The notes under the pieces were generated by a model that worked only from the letters and a program-made list of their open reading frames with translations, searched no databases and was not told the origin of the DNA. Source: Phyllobates terribilis (taxonomy: Eukaryota). From it: a stretch of DNA of 64,000 bases. This document shows, in pieces, positions 46,929 to 59,189 of this stretch; position 1 is the first letter of the stretch, and each line of letters opens with the position of its first letter. The stretch covers positions 357,616,001 through 357,680,000 of the forward strand of contig NW_027362762.1 in assembly GCF_046119375.1 (NCBI RefSeq), written 5' to 3'. A program made the translations under genes and the position numbers.

Positions 46929-49900
46929 AGTGACTGAGGCATACCACACCGGCCGCTGCATGACCACAATCCGGCCGGCCACCTTTCAGCCCCACACCGT
47001 GGACAAAATGGAGGAGCTGTTAAAGCTGCTGGTACTCACCCAGCAGCAGCTGCTACAGTCTCAGTGGCAACAGCAGGAGCGGGAACAGCAGCATAATCAG
47101 CAGCAGCAGCTACTGTTCCAGCAGCAGCTAAAAACAAACGAACTGTTGCTGCAACAGATTGCTGCCCTGCAGGAGACGCCGACGGCACCAGCCCCGGAAT
47201 GTCGCGAGGCCCGAGACAAGGTTTGCTCAGCGTTGAGGAAGATGGGACCGGAGGACGATGTGGATGCCTTCCTGACCATTTATGAGCGCACAGCAGAGCG
47301 GGAAAACCTACTGGCCGGCCAGTGGGCAGAAGTGGTGCCTCCTTTTCTGGTCGGCGATGCCCAAAAGGCCTACTTCGACCTTAGTCGGGAGGATGCCCAG
47401 GACTACTAGAGGCTCAAAGGCGAGATCCTTGCCTGACTGGGGGTCAATACATACGTGAGGGCTCAGCGTGTATTTTCATGGGCCTATGTGGAGACCCAAT
47501 CCGCCCGGCCTCAGGCTTATGACCTCCTGCAGCTGGTAAAGAGGTGGCTCCAGCCTGAGACTTTGTCTCCAGCCCAGATGGTGGAGAGGGTGGTGGTTGA
47601 CCGGCTGGTGAGGACTCTGCCTGCCGCTATCCAAATTTGGGTGGGGCAAGGCGACCCCGGCACGCTCGACCAGGCGGTCAGCCTGATCGAGAGCTACTCT
47701 TTCACTCAGGACTTTATCCGGGACTCTGCCCCCTCACGGCTGTCACGCCGATTCCTGCTAACACAGGAACCGGGAAAGGGGTCACATCCCTCTACTGAGG
47801 ACAGTCAGCACCATACCTGTGCTGAAGGGGTACCCTGGAATGAGAGTGGCAGGAGACCGGTTCCCTCCCAAACAGACATAAGACCTAACAGTACCTCCAC
47901 CATTAGGTGCTGGCGGTGTCAAGGGCCGGGACATGTGGTTTCTAACTGCCCCCTGACTATGGAACCCATGGACTGCGGGTTTATCCACCGGGTCTCAATG
48001 TACGCCCAGACTGCACTGCAAGAGTCGACCTCACCGGACACGGAACCCCAACTGTGCCAGGTACTGGTTAATGGTACCCCATGAAGGCCCTCCTAGAATC
48101 GGGGAGCCTAGTGACTTTGGTACATGGATCACTGGTGGCAGGAGATAACCCCAGTGGATGGACAATCAGGGTTGTGTGTATCCATGGGGACCTCCGAGAG
48201 TACCCAACCGCTGAGGTAGTTTTGTCCACGCCATGTGGAGACATAAAACGTGGTGGGGGTGGTAAAAACTCTTCCCTATGGGACTGTGTTGGGAAGAGAC
48301 TTGCCCCTGTTCTGGACTCTGTGGAAAAACAAAATCCACTCTCCCTCGGTAAAATGCATTACAGGCGCTGTACCCAATGAACACGAGTCAGGGGTACCTG
48401 CCGTAGGGGTGTCCAACCTAGGGACAGAGTGTGACCCCGATAGGTTTCCCCTAGAGGTGCTGGCAGGAGAGGTCAAGGAGACCCCATCGATCCCCGAGCT
48501 GGAAGTGTACCGGGGCACATTTGGGACAGCTCAGCTACAGGATCCCACTCTGACTCGGGCGCGGGAAAGGGTGTTAGAGGTAAATGGCGTAGCTCAACAG
48601 CCCGGTACAGATACAGTATTTCCACGCATGATAGTCAACAGTGAGTTGCTCTATAGGGTAGACAAAATCAGGGACGAGGTTGTGGAACAGTTAGTGTTAC
48701 CTCAGTCGTACCGTCTGGCGGTTCTGGAGTTGGCACACACACACCTTCTGGGTGGACACTTTGGGGTTAAAAAGACGCAAGAGCGTATCTTGCAGTGGTT
48801 CTTTTGGCCGGGGATTTTCGCGGAGGTCCAAAAGTACTGCGAATCCTGCCCCGAAAGTCAGTTGACCATACCCACCGCAAGTTTCCGTAGCCTATTGGTA
48901 CCCCTGCCAGTGATAGAGGTACCTTTTGAATGGATTGCAATGGACTAGGTAGGGCCCATTGTAAAATCCGCTCGTGGCCACCAACATATACTGGTGGTCG
49001 TCGACTATGCCACCCGGTACCCAGAGGCTATACCGCTATGCCACACCTCGGCAAAACAGATTGCACGGGAGATATTTGCCATGTTCTGTCGCCTTGGACT
49101 ACCTAAGGAGATCCTGACGGATCAGGGGACCCCTTTTATGTCCAAAGTGATAAGGGAACTGTGCAAACTGCTAAAAATTAAACAATTGCGCACCTCGGTG
49201 TACCACCCTCAAACCGACGGGCTAGTAGAACGGTTCAATAAAACCCTCAAGTCCATGTTAAAAAAGGTGATTTCTAAGGACGGAAGGGATTGGGACATGT
49301 TGCTACCCTATTTGATGTTCGCCGTCCGTGAGGTACCCCAGGCTTCCACAGGGTTCTCTCCTTTTGAGTTATTGTACGGCAGACACCCTAGGGGTCTGTT
49401 GGATGTAGCCAAAGAGACATGGGAACAAGAGCCGTCTACACATAGGAGTATTATTGAACATGTGGCTAGTATGCAGGACCAGATCGCGGTGATCATGCCC
49501 ATCGTGAAAGAACATCTGTTAGATGCCCAAGCAGCCCAGAGGCGCACATATAATAAAAGAGCCAGAGTCAGGTCTTTTAACAAGGGCGATCGGGTGTTAG
49601 TACTGGTACCCACAGCCGACAGTAACCTCATGGCCAAATGGCAAGGGCCATATGAGGTTTGAGAATAGGTGGGGGAGGTAAATTACCGGGTGTATCAGCC
49701 CGGAAGGAGGAAACCTGAGCAGCTTTATCATGTAAACCTGCTAAAACCTTGGAAAGATCGAGAGTGTTTAGTTACAGACGTCACTCCGGGCATATCACCA
49801 GAGAGTTCTCTGCCTTCAGCCAGGGATGCGTCCGGGGGAGAGGTCAGGATAAGTGATGCTCTCACTAAACAGCAGCGACGGGAGGCTCGCTCACTGGTGC

Positions 49901-51382
49901 AGCAGAATACCGACGTGTTCTCAGAGCTACCGGGTAGGGTTATAGTTCTCCAACATGACATTGTCACCAAACCTGGGGTAAGGGTGCGAATGAGACCGTA
50001 CCGGGTACCCGAAGCCCGGAGGCAAGCCATCATGGCTGAGGTAAAACAGATGCTCCAGTTAGGCATCATCGAAGAATCACGGAGTGAGTGTGCTAGCCCC
50101 ATCGTACTGATTCCGAAACCAGACGGATTGTTACGCTTCTGTAACGATTTCCGAAAACTAAATGAAGTGTCGAAGTTTGACCTTTATCCGATGCCCAGGG
50201 TGGATGAGCTGATTGAGAGACTGGGGAAGGCCCAGTACTTTACCACACTCGATCTCACCAAGGGTTACTGGCAGGTACCTCTCACAAAATCAGCGAAGGA
50301 AAAGACCGCCTTCATAACTCCGGAGGTTCTATATCACTATGTGGTCTTACCTTTTGGGTTACATGGGACCCCAGCTACATTCCAGAGGTTGATGGACATA
50401 GTGATCAAGCATCATCAGGAGTATGCGTCCGCGTATCTAGATGATATTATCATCTTTAGCACCGACTGGCATACGCATCTATCCCAGGTACAAGCAGTGC
50501 TGGATTCTCTCAGAGCTTCGGGGTTAACGGCAAACCCCAAAAAATGTGCGATTGGGCTAGATGGAGCCCGATATTTGGGGTATGTGATTGGCCGAGGAGT
50601 TATCAAGCCCCAAATCAATAAAGTTGAGGCCATAAAAAATTGGCCTAAACTGTCAAGTACAAAGCAGATGAGGGTGTTCCTTGGCATCCTTGGGTATTAC
50701 CATCGGTTTATACCTAATTTTGCTGGGAGAACGGCGGCCCTGACCGATCTCTTGAAAGGAAAAAAATCGGTAATGGTTCGGTGGAACCCTGAGGCAGAAG
50801 AAGCCTTTCAGTCCATGAAGTTGGCCCTGTGTGGACAGCCGGTCCTCATCAGCCCCAACTTCAAGGAAACCTTCATTGTACAGACAGATGCCTCGAAGGT
50901 AGACCTAGCGGTATTGTCATAAAAAGTGAATGGTGAAGAGCACCCGGTCACCTACTTGAGTAGAAAATTTGTCCCGGCAGAGAAAAACTATAGCTTGGTA
51001 GAGAAAGAGTGTTTGGCTATTAAGTGGGCCTTGGAATCGCTACGTTATTATTTACTCGGTCGTCAGTTCCGCTTGGTGACGGACCACTCACCCTTGGTAT
51101 GGATGACAAATGCTTTTGTTTTTTTACACTGTTTATTGTGCTTTCAATTAATATGTTAGCTACTGGGGCGCAGTATAATTAATATAGCCAATGTAGTCAT
51201 TTATCTTTTTAAGTTTTACTATAATTTCACAAATTTGTTTTTGTCATCATACTTTGAAAGCCATAACTCTTTTGTGATGGCATACATGGTGACGATGGTT
51301 GGGCATCCATCTGCCGTGCCAATATTTCAGCATCACGGAGGGTGGTGATGGGCTGACGGAAAGAACCCCATCTTTCAAGCTA

Positions 51383-52942
51383 CACTGTGTGCAGAATTAT
51401 TAGGCAAGTTGTATTTTAGAGGATTATTTTTATTATTGATCAACAACTATGTTCTCAATAAACCCAAAAGACTCATAAATATCCAAGCTTAATATTTTTG
51501 GAAGTTGGAGTGGGGTTTTTTTAGACTTGGCTATCTTAGGAGGATATCTGTTTGTGCAGGTAACTATTACTGTGCCGAATTATTAGGCAACTTAATAGAA
51601 AACAAATATAATCCCATCTCACTTGCTTATTTTCACCAGGTAAACCAATATCAGTGCACAAAATTTAGAAAAAAACATTACTGACATGTAAAAAAAAAAA
51701 AAATAAATTAGTGATCAATATAGCCACCTTTCTTTATGATGACACTCAACAGCCTTCCATCCATAGATTCTCTCAATTGATTGATCTGTTTTCGATCAAC
51801 ATTGCGTGCAGCCGCCACCACAGCCTCCCAGACACTGTTCCGAGAGGTGTACTGTTTTCCCTCCCTGTGGAACTCACATTTTATGATGGACCACAGGTTC
51901 TCTATGGGGTTCAGATCAGGTGAACAAGGGGGCCATGTCATTATTTTTTCTTCTTTTAGACCTTTACTGGCCAGCCACACTGTGGAGTAGTTGGATGCAT
52001 GTGATGGAGCACTGCCCTGCATGAAAATCATGTTTTTCTTGAACGATACCGACTTCTTCCTGTACCACTGCTTGAAGAAGTTGTCTTCCAGAAACTGGCT
52101 GTAGGTCTGGGAGTTGAGCTTCACTCCATCCTCATCCTGAAAAGGTCCCACAAGTTCATCTTTGATGATACCAGCCCTTACCAGTACCCCACCTCCACCT
52201 TGCTGGCATCTGAGTCGGAGTGGAGCTCTCTGCCCTTAACAGATCCAGCCTCTGGCCCATCCTTCTGGCCCATCAAGAGTCACTCTCATTTTATCAGTCT
52301 ATAAAACCTTTGAAAAATCAGTCTTAAGATATTTCTTGGCCCATTCTTGACGTTTTATCTTATGTTTCTTGTTCAAAGGTGGTCGTTTTTCAGCCTTCCT
52401 TACCTTGACCATGTCCCTGAGTATCACACACCTTGTGCTTTTTGATACTCCAGTAACGTTTCAGCTCTGACATATGGCAAAACTCGTGGCGAATGGCATC
52501 TTGGCAGCTTCACGCTTGATTTTCCTCAATTCATGGGCTGTTATTTTGCGCCTTTTTTGGCCAACATGCTTCTTGCGACCCTGTTGGCTATTTGCCATGA
52601 AATGCTTGATTGTTCGGTGATCACGCTTCAAAAGTTTGGAAATTTCAAGACTGCTGCATCCCTCTGCAAGACATCTCACAATTTTGGACTTTTCAGAGCC
52701 CGTCAAAACTCTCTTCTGACCCATTTTGCCAAAGGAAAGTAAGTTGCCTAATAATTAAGCACACCTTATATAGGGTGTTGATGTCATTAGTCAACACCCC
52801 TCCTCATTACAGAGAAGCACATCACCAGATTTGCTTAATTGGTAGTTGACTCTCAAGCCTATGCAGCTTGGAGTAGGACAACATGTATAAAAGGTATCAT
52901 GTGATCAAAATACTCATTTGCCTAATAATTCGGCACACAGTG
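51383..52942 (-). mobile_element. Tc1 element with TA TSD, defective transposase (~52724..51708)
   Basis: TA+CACTGTGTGCAGAATTATTAGGCAA / TTTGCCTAATAATTCGGCACACAGTG+TA with inner repeats at ~51580 and ~52741; MGQKRVLTGSEKSKIV.., QGSAPSH (D lost) and [11 protein letters not shown]. Confidence 0.92.
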
Positions 52943-53180
52943 TAGATGCTGTGGTCACTAATACTCATGACATTCAAGGGGCTTTATTTCTTTTGCTTGC
53001 TTATGTAGTGCCAATATATTCCCTGCACTTTACACTCACTGTGTCCTCATTGGGGCTTACAACCTAAACTTTATATTAGTATGTCTATTGAAGAGTGAAG
53101 AATTTGAAATCAGAACTCCTTTACCCTCTATAGAGCAAGAATTAAATCCTACTCATTATAAATTTGTCAACTAACTTTAA

Positions 53181-53642
53181 AGGGGTTTTCTCATTATTGA
53201 TCTTCAGGAACACACTGCTCCCCTGCCTTTTGGTTTCCTGCTTGCTGGGGAGCAGTGTACTCCTGATGGTTGACATTTTGAGCTGTTGACATCACTGAGC
53301 CACCAGTGTGAACTGTGTGCTCTCCCATGCTACTAGCAGAGGCAGCTTTGTCTTTGCAGTATTAGAGGAGTGCAGTGACATTGAAGCTAGGCGGATCCGG
53401 TGATCAAGCATGATTAGTTTCAGTGCTTGCAAGTTCACACTTCTTACAAGGGAAACGGGCCATCTCTGAAATACAATAATAGTTATTTAAGGTGATATTG
53501 GCAGCGAGCTGTAAACTAGAAAATTGAAAATTCATTCATTTTTAAGAATGGAAAAGATTTTTAATAGCAAGCAAATTGCAAAGTTGTTTGGTTTTACATG
53601 CATTTTGCAATTTTAAACATTCAAAAAAAGGGGACAACCCCT
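53181..53642. mobile_element. Kolobok/T2-like MITE with TTAA TSD
   Basis: TTAA-AGGGGTT...AACCCCT-TTAA. Confidence 0.7.
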
Positions 53643-55789
53643 TTAAAAGGTTAACCGTGTTTGTGTGTTTTAGAGGAAACTGTAAAAACATATGGCTGGA
53701 GTTTCATGGCAGCCGATCCAATATTAATCTACCAGACTTTAGCTTCTTAGCATCTGGCAGCTAAAGGAAATATTGTAATGCTATAACACAGCAATCAAGA
53801 CTCAAGCGTGTTTAGTTTCCTGAAACCTAAGTAGATGCATCAAGAACTCCTTTCAGCCACCTTAGTGAAAATTTCCCATTTTATCCAGTTCACATAATGA
53901 TGATGATTAAGGAAAAGCCTAGAAAGTGTGAATGCCAACTGTGCCAAATGACATCAGATCTAATTATCTAAGAAAAATACTAGACTCAGAACTGATTAGC
54001 TTGAAATAAAACATCTTTCTTTACCAAGTCTCTTTGTTTTTGAAGAAAAAGAAAAGCCAAGGCAGACGTCGTTTCAAATAACAGTTAATGTATATTTTTA
54101 CTCTATTTTGTACAGCGCTGCTTTCCGGGGGATACACTTGTCTGTCTGTATTACAACCAGAATATAATTAATCCATGCAGATGATTTTTTTTTCTTTTGT
54201 TTGCTGGCAGGTTTAGAATATGTCAAGCCTTATTCAAAGTGGGATTATCACACCTCAATTTTCCTAATATCCCAACCTAATGACGTGACAATTATCTCAG
54301 CAAAGGGAGTGTTGTTTGAAGAACATCTATAGATATACATTGTACATTCTTATGTCATGTCACAGGGTTCAACATCTGCTCCTACTGAGAACTTCCATAG
54401 GCATTACTGTTTTATTGCATTTCTTCCCTCTGTTTATAATAGGTAGCCAAGAATATTAAATCATATTGAAATGTGAATGTAGAAGCATACATAAACTTGC
54501 TTCCTGTTTAAGTGCGTAAAGCATTATATGTTGTCCTATACATCACCTACAAGTACCAGAAACTTCCAAATGTAAACTCTGCTACAATGACTATTTCCTT
54601 ATCCGTCTTCTGTCTTGAATTATGGCTCTTTTTACCCTAAGAGTCAGACTTTGGTGTTCAGAGCTATGTTTTTACAGATCATAACATATTTGACAACCAG
54701 TAAAATTTTCTTAAATTTTCCAGTCTCCTACATTGTGTTAAAATAAGTTTGGCCAACTCCTTTCAACGATGTTAATTAATCTTTTGTATGCTTAGCTCTC
54801 TTGGTCCTTGGGCCTGTTCCAATGTCTCAAGGAGTTGGAATGTGGATTTTCATTATCCTTTCTAAAACCTTGATCTTTTATTTATCAGCAACGGGATTGC
54901 TTAGGATGATCATCCAATGACATAACCCAGTCTTGGACTAGCTTGTTAGAATTGTCCTCACATTTTTATCTGGCATACTTTGGTATAAATATGAATTCAT
55001 TCTGAATCTTTTACTTGAGAGTCATCCAAGTCTTGTGGCTGCAAAACAAGCCAAAATGATCACCTCTTCACCAACATACTTGACAGTTGATATAAGGTCC
55101 TTACCATCAAGCATGTTGTAAAACCATGTACAAATGTTGACTGTTAAATGATTATCATGATGTAGTATTTAGGTTGTCTGCAATGCTAGGATTGCATGAC
55201 ATTCTGGTTGTTGTCCACTTCACTCTAACAATGATGTTTCACTTTTAAGTGTGATAAAACGCTCCAAGTCTGATAGGTTGTATATTTATGACAAATACAC
55301 ATATGTGTCTTAACATCAGTTCTGAATTCTAGTGTGAAAGGCTTCGTTTCCACACATTGAACACTTGTAAAAATGCCATGAATTCCAATCTTTTTTCATA
55401 GCTTTTTTACAAGCATATTTGGTGGCATTGTTTTTGTGTCATGGACCGAGGCCCATGGCTGCTCCCTACTACAAATTTTGGTGCCTGCCATCTTTTTATT
55501 ATTGGTAAAATGTAGTTATCCAACATATTTACTAGAAATTTTTTAGGAAAATATTTGAAGACTAACCTAAAGATCCATTTAAAATTTCCAGATAATTTGT
55601 TAGCTGGACATAGCAGACCCATCTGCATGGAATCCTTATAGCAGCAAATAGAGGCCATATGGTGTTTTATGTACAGAGGTATATTAACTTAGAAGTACAG
55701 GTAGTCCCCAGTTACTAAATTGATAGATTCTAAATGTTTAATATTAAGTTGAATTTGTATGTAAGTTGAAACAGGTACAGTGCCGATGT

Positions 55790-57020
55790 CACATCCAGGC
55801 CAGTGCCCGTCACCTCTTTTTCCACTCTAGTTGCTGAGACGTTTGTTACTGGTCATACAGGGTGGCAGCACGGAGATCCTGTCTAATTTGTGTTCATGTT
55901 GGTGCTGCTTATTCAATAAGCTTTGGGGTTAATTCTTGATTCCTTTGTGAGGCCTCAGGGCTGTTATTTATTTAAACCCCCTTGGTCTCTGATTCTCACT
56001 GCAAGATAAGTTTCTTTTCACTAGTTCAGTATTGTGCTATCTGCTCAAACTTGATTGTTGTATTCCTCTTGTCTGCCCATTGTTTGTCTTCTGATTTTGT
56101 GCCTTGACTGCCCTCCTGATTATGTCCTCGCTACCTTGACTTCTCTTTCCTCTGGTTCGCTCCTCCGGCAAGCAGCCCTGTCATGGAAACAATGCAGTGG
56201 ACCTTTTTGTAATACCAGATCCATGTAAAGGGGTTAAAGGGTGAAGGCCAGGGAATCTTCCAGATGGAGTGGATTGCACCAAGTCTGTCTGAGGTAGACT
56301 TTTTCAGTCTGCAATCCATGACAGACATTACAGTTTAACTGGGCAATTAAACTTCATGCGGTGGTGGATCAAGTGCAACACCAGGCTATGGTTGCCAAGG
56401 ATCTTGTACAACAATTTCAACATCATGAAACTGCTCAGGCCCGAGCACCTGCAGCACCCCCTTTGACCATTTCAGCACCCAAAGATAAAACGCCTGACCA
56501 ATTTTCAATTGCTGTCCGGTTATGCTCTGGCACTTTTCAAGCTAAACAGCATCACAGTCCCAGTGTGCTGTCAGGTGTGCATCACATTCACTTGTAGGCC
56601 TCAGGCCTCCGCTGTGTCCAGGCCTCTATCTTCAGGACCAGGTGCACACAACTCAGGGGACACCAAGTTCATGGCAACAAGCAAACATTTACTGGACAGT
56701 TCAAGTTCATCAGGTTGTAACGTGGGCTAGGGCACAACACTTCGTATTCCTTACTTATTTAGTACAACGCATCTTCAGCCCTACCACTTGTTCATCCTGG
56801 ACTATCACTAAGCTCACTGACTCCATCAGCCTTAGGAATTTCCTGTCCACTTCAACAGTGCACCCAGGATCCATTATTTCTGTCTACACGGGTCCCTGTC
56901 AATCTTCCCCTGTGCACCAGAGAATACGATGTGACCGGCAGCCCATTTGCCAGACCTTGGGCTCCGTATGTGACAGGAGCATCAATTTGGGATTCCAGTA
57001 TTGTGTCCCACAGCCTTGAA
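55790..57020 (+). mobile_element. Decayed LTR plus gag remnant of a Gypsy-like element
   Basis: LTR-like TATTTAAACCCC segment followed by fragmented gag-like peptides (APKDKTPDQFS; VVTWARAQH). A ~70-bp piece is repeated at 58390..58455. Boundaries approximate. Confidence 0.4.
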
Positions 57021-58455
57021 CGACTGGTACATGCTGGCCCTAGCAGGCCACTGACCTGGAATTTGAACTTGTTACTCTACTTCCCTATCTGTGTTACTAC
57101 CAGGAAGTGAGTTACCCCTTTTTACTAACTCTAGTCCCCACCCACTATGGGATAGTTCTATACATTAACTATATCTTATACTTCTAACATTAACTACCAA
57201 CTATGTACACTAAACATCTTATCACTATCAATCTTATCTGTTTACCACTACCTTATGACCTATTCCAAATCTATGCCTAATCCTGTGCTTACGCTGCACT
57301 ATACACTACTAACATTGTATATGAACACTTTACATTACTTATACGTGGTACACTACCATAACGCAATATAATCGGCACACATCACTATTAACATCACTTA
57401 CTACACAATATATGTAAAACCGCTTGAAACTGTACACATGGCGTGATTGTTGTCTTCAGGGGCTGACAGTCCATCACTCTTACATACTGAGTATAATGGA
57501 AGTTAATGAGAAACTCAAGCATTTTTCCGGGAGACCCTAACAGGGGTGCTAGGAGGGCAGGAAAATCATTGAAATGGATGGAAACAGCACTCAGATGCAA
57601 TGGGAACAGTTTAGGGATGATGCCTGACCACATTTCTAACTCACAGGTCGCTGCTGGGAACAATGTTGTCAAAGTATTACCCCACTTTTACGGACTGACA
57701 GTAAAACATTCAATACCAAAGATAAAATGGATTATACAGAAAATAAAATGTTAGGGAACATTCTTTAGAGACTCAGGGCCTGAGGGCCAGAAACGCGTAA
57801 CCTGTGTTTCTTTCCTATGTGATTTTATGTGCACACTGCTTGGTGTTTTTTACTCTTGTACAATGAATTCAACAATAAATCTATGGATTTTATTGCAAGC
57901 CCTTCTGCTGGTCGATTTTTTTGGACTTAATTATGCTGGCTTTTGGACCGTGCAGTAAAACAGGTGAGCTGAAATACTAACTCTTTCTGCAACATTCTTT
58001 CCTGTATAATGACTTGTATATACAATAAAAAGAGAAAAAATACACTGCCTCATCCACCCCTTAATGGCCCGGCCATCTCTCACAGTATTTCCCCTTCGCC
58101 TATGATTACAGTAGATGACATAGTAGAGGGGGAAATAAAACTACACCCACCGGTAGTCATCAGTAAATGTCATATTAACATTTTACTACCTTATCTGGGC
58201 ATGTGGTGTGGTGACATGGTCAGACACTTCCTGTTTAATTTTTTGAAGGGGGGACTCTGAAATTCACAAAGCCTATGTGGACAATGCAAGAACTGCCAAA
58301 AATTAGAAGGAAGTGGGATTCTGATACATCCAGTATTAGACATAAAGGAAGGACTCATACACATTCTGTTAAAATTGTTAGGTAGTGGGACTTAGGCATT
58401 TCTTGTCCAAATCAGCAGTGCACCCGGGATCCATTACTTCTGTCTACACGGGTCC

Positions 58456-58700
58456 CAGTGCTGGGGTCCTGGGTTCAAATCCCACCAAGGGCAACATCTG
58501 CAAGGAGTTTGTATGTTCTCCCCGTGTTTGCGTGGGTTTCCTCTGGGTTCTCCGGTTTCCTTCCACACTCCAAAGACATACTGATAGGAAATGTGTATTG
58601 TGAGCCCCAATGGGGACAGTGCCCATACTGTCTGTACATTGTCTGAATTATAAAGCGCTGCAAAATATGTTGGTGCTATATAAATAAAAAGATTATTAAG
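58456..58700 (+). mobile_element. tRNA-derived SINE with L2-type tail (5' truncated)
   Basis: B-box GGTTCAAATCC at 58472, central GTTTGTATGTTCTCCCCGTGTTTGCGTGGGTTTCC core, tail AAAGCGCTGCAAAATATGTTGGTGCTATATAAATAAA. Confidence 0.85.
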
Positions 58701-58861
58701 ATTACGACTCCTAGACTTACAAATCATATGCACTGTGCAAGGACTGTCAAATACACCCTGCAAAACAGGTAGAGGTGTGCCACAGAAAACATTTTTGCAC
58801 ATTTTTAAGGAGTGGGACTCCTAGACTGCACTAGTATGCACTAAATGCATACACATCTTTT

Positions 58862-59040
58862 AAAAATTATTAAGAGGGCATCATACACACCCTGGAAAAA
58901 TTAAGCACGAGGGTCGCATGATGCCCCTCTAAGAATTATGAGCAAGGACCGCCTAATGACCCTCTAAAAATTATGAGCGAAGGCCGTCTGATCACTTTCT
59001 AAAAATTATGAGAATCGAATGATGACCCTCTAAAAATTTG
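58862..59040 (+). repeat. ~35-bp tandem repeat in the 3' region of the old hAT
   Basis: AA(A/G)AATT(A/T) recurs at 58862, 58896, 58931, 58966, 59001 and 59032. Confidence 0.7.
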
Positions 59041-59189
59041 GAGCTAGGTCTTCATGATGAGCCTGTTGATATGGTGGAGGAGGAGGAGGACAAGAAAAAT
59101 AAAAAAAACAATAATAATATACCTTTCTTTGGGTGGGATTGGGTGCATGGGAATACACCAGAAAAAAAGGAACATTTGAATTGGCTTTG

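Larger units (their letters stand above)
46323..51110 (+). mobile_element. Gmr1-clade Ty3/Gypsy LTR retrotransposon, 3'-truncated and pseudogenised
   Basis: Order: SCAN-like gag (RWLQPE..MVERVVVDRL), CCHC knuckle (CWRCQGPGHVVSNC), protease (ALLESGS), integrase (H..GGHFG..C..C; VDYATRYPEA; TDQG; ERFNKTLK), RT (YLDD), RNase H (VQTDAS, EKECLAIKWAL). Multiple stops and frameshifts; no 3' LTR. Confidence 0.93.

Noticed and set aside
54211-54332. Possible host exon after a strong pyrimidine tract and CAG
   Set aside because: All frames hit stops, there is no convincing donor, and the peptide LEYVKPYSKWDYHTSIFL.. was not recognised. RNA-seq would be needed.
54590-55030. Possible decayed L1 ORF1 on the minus strand
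   Set aside because: Only vague compositional resemblance; no motif could be read with confidence.
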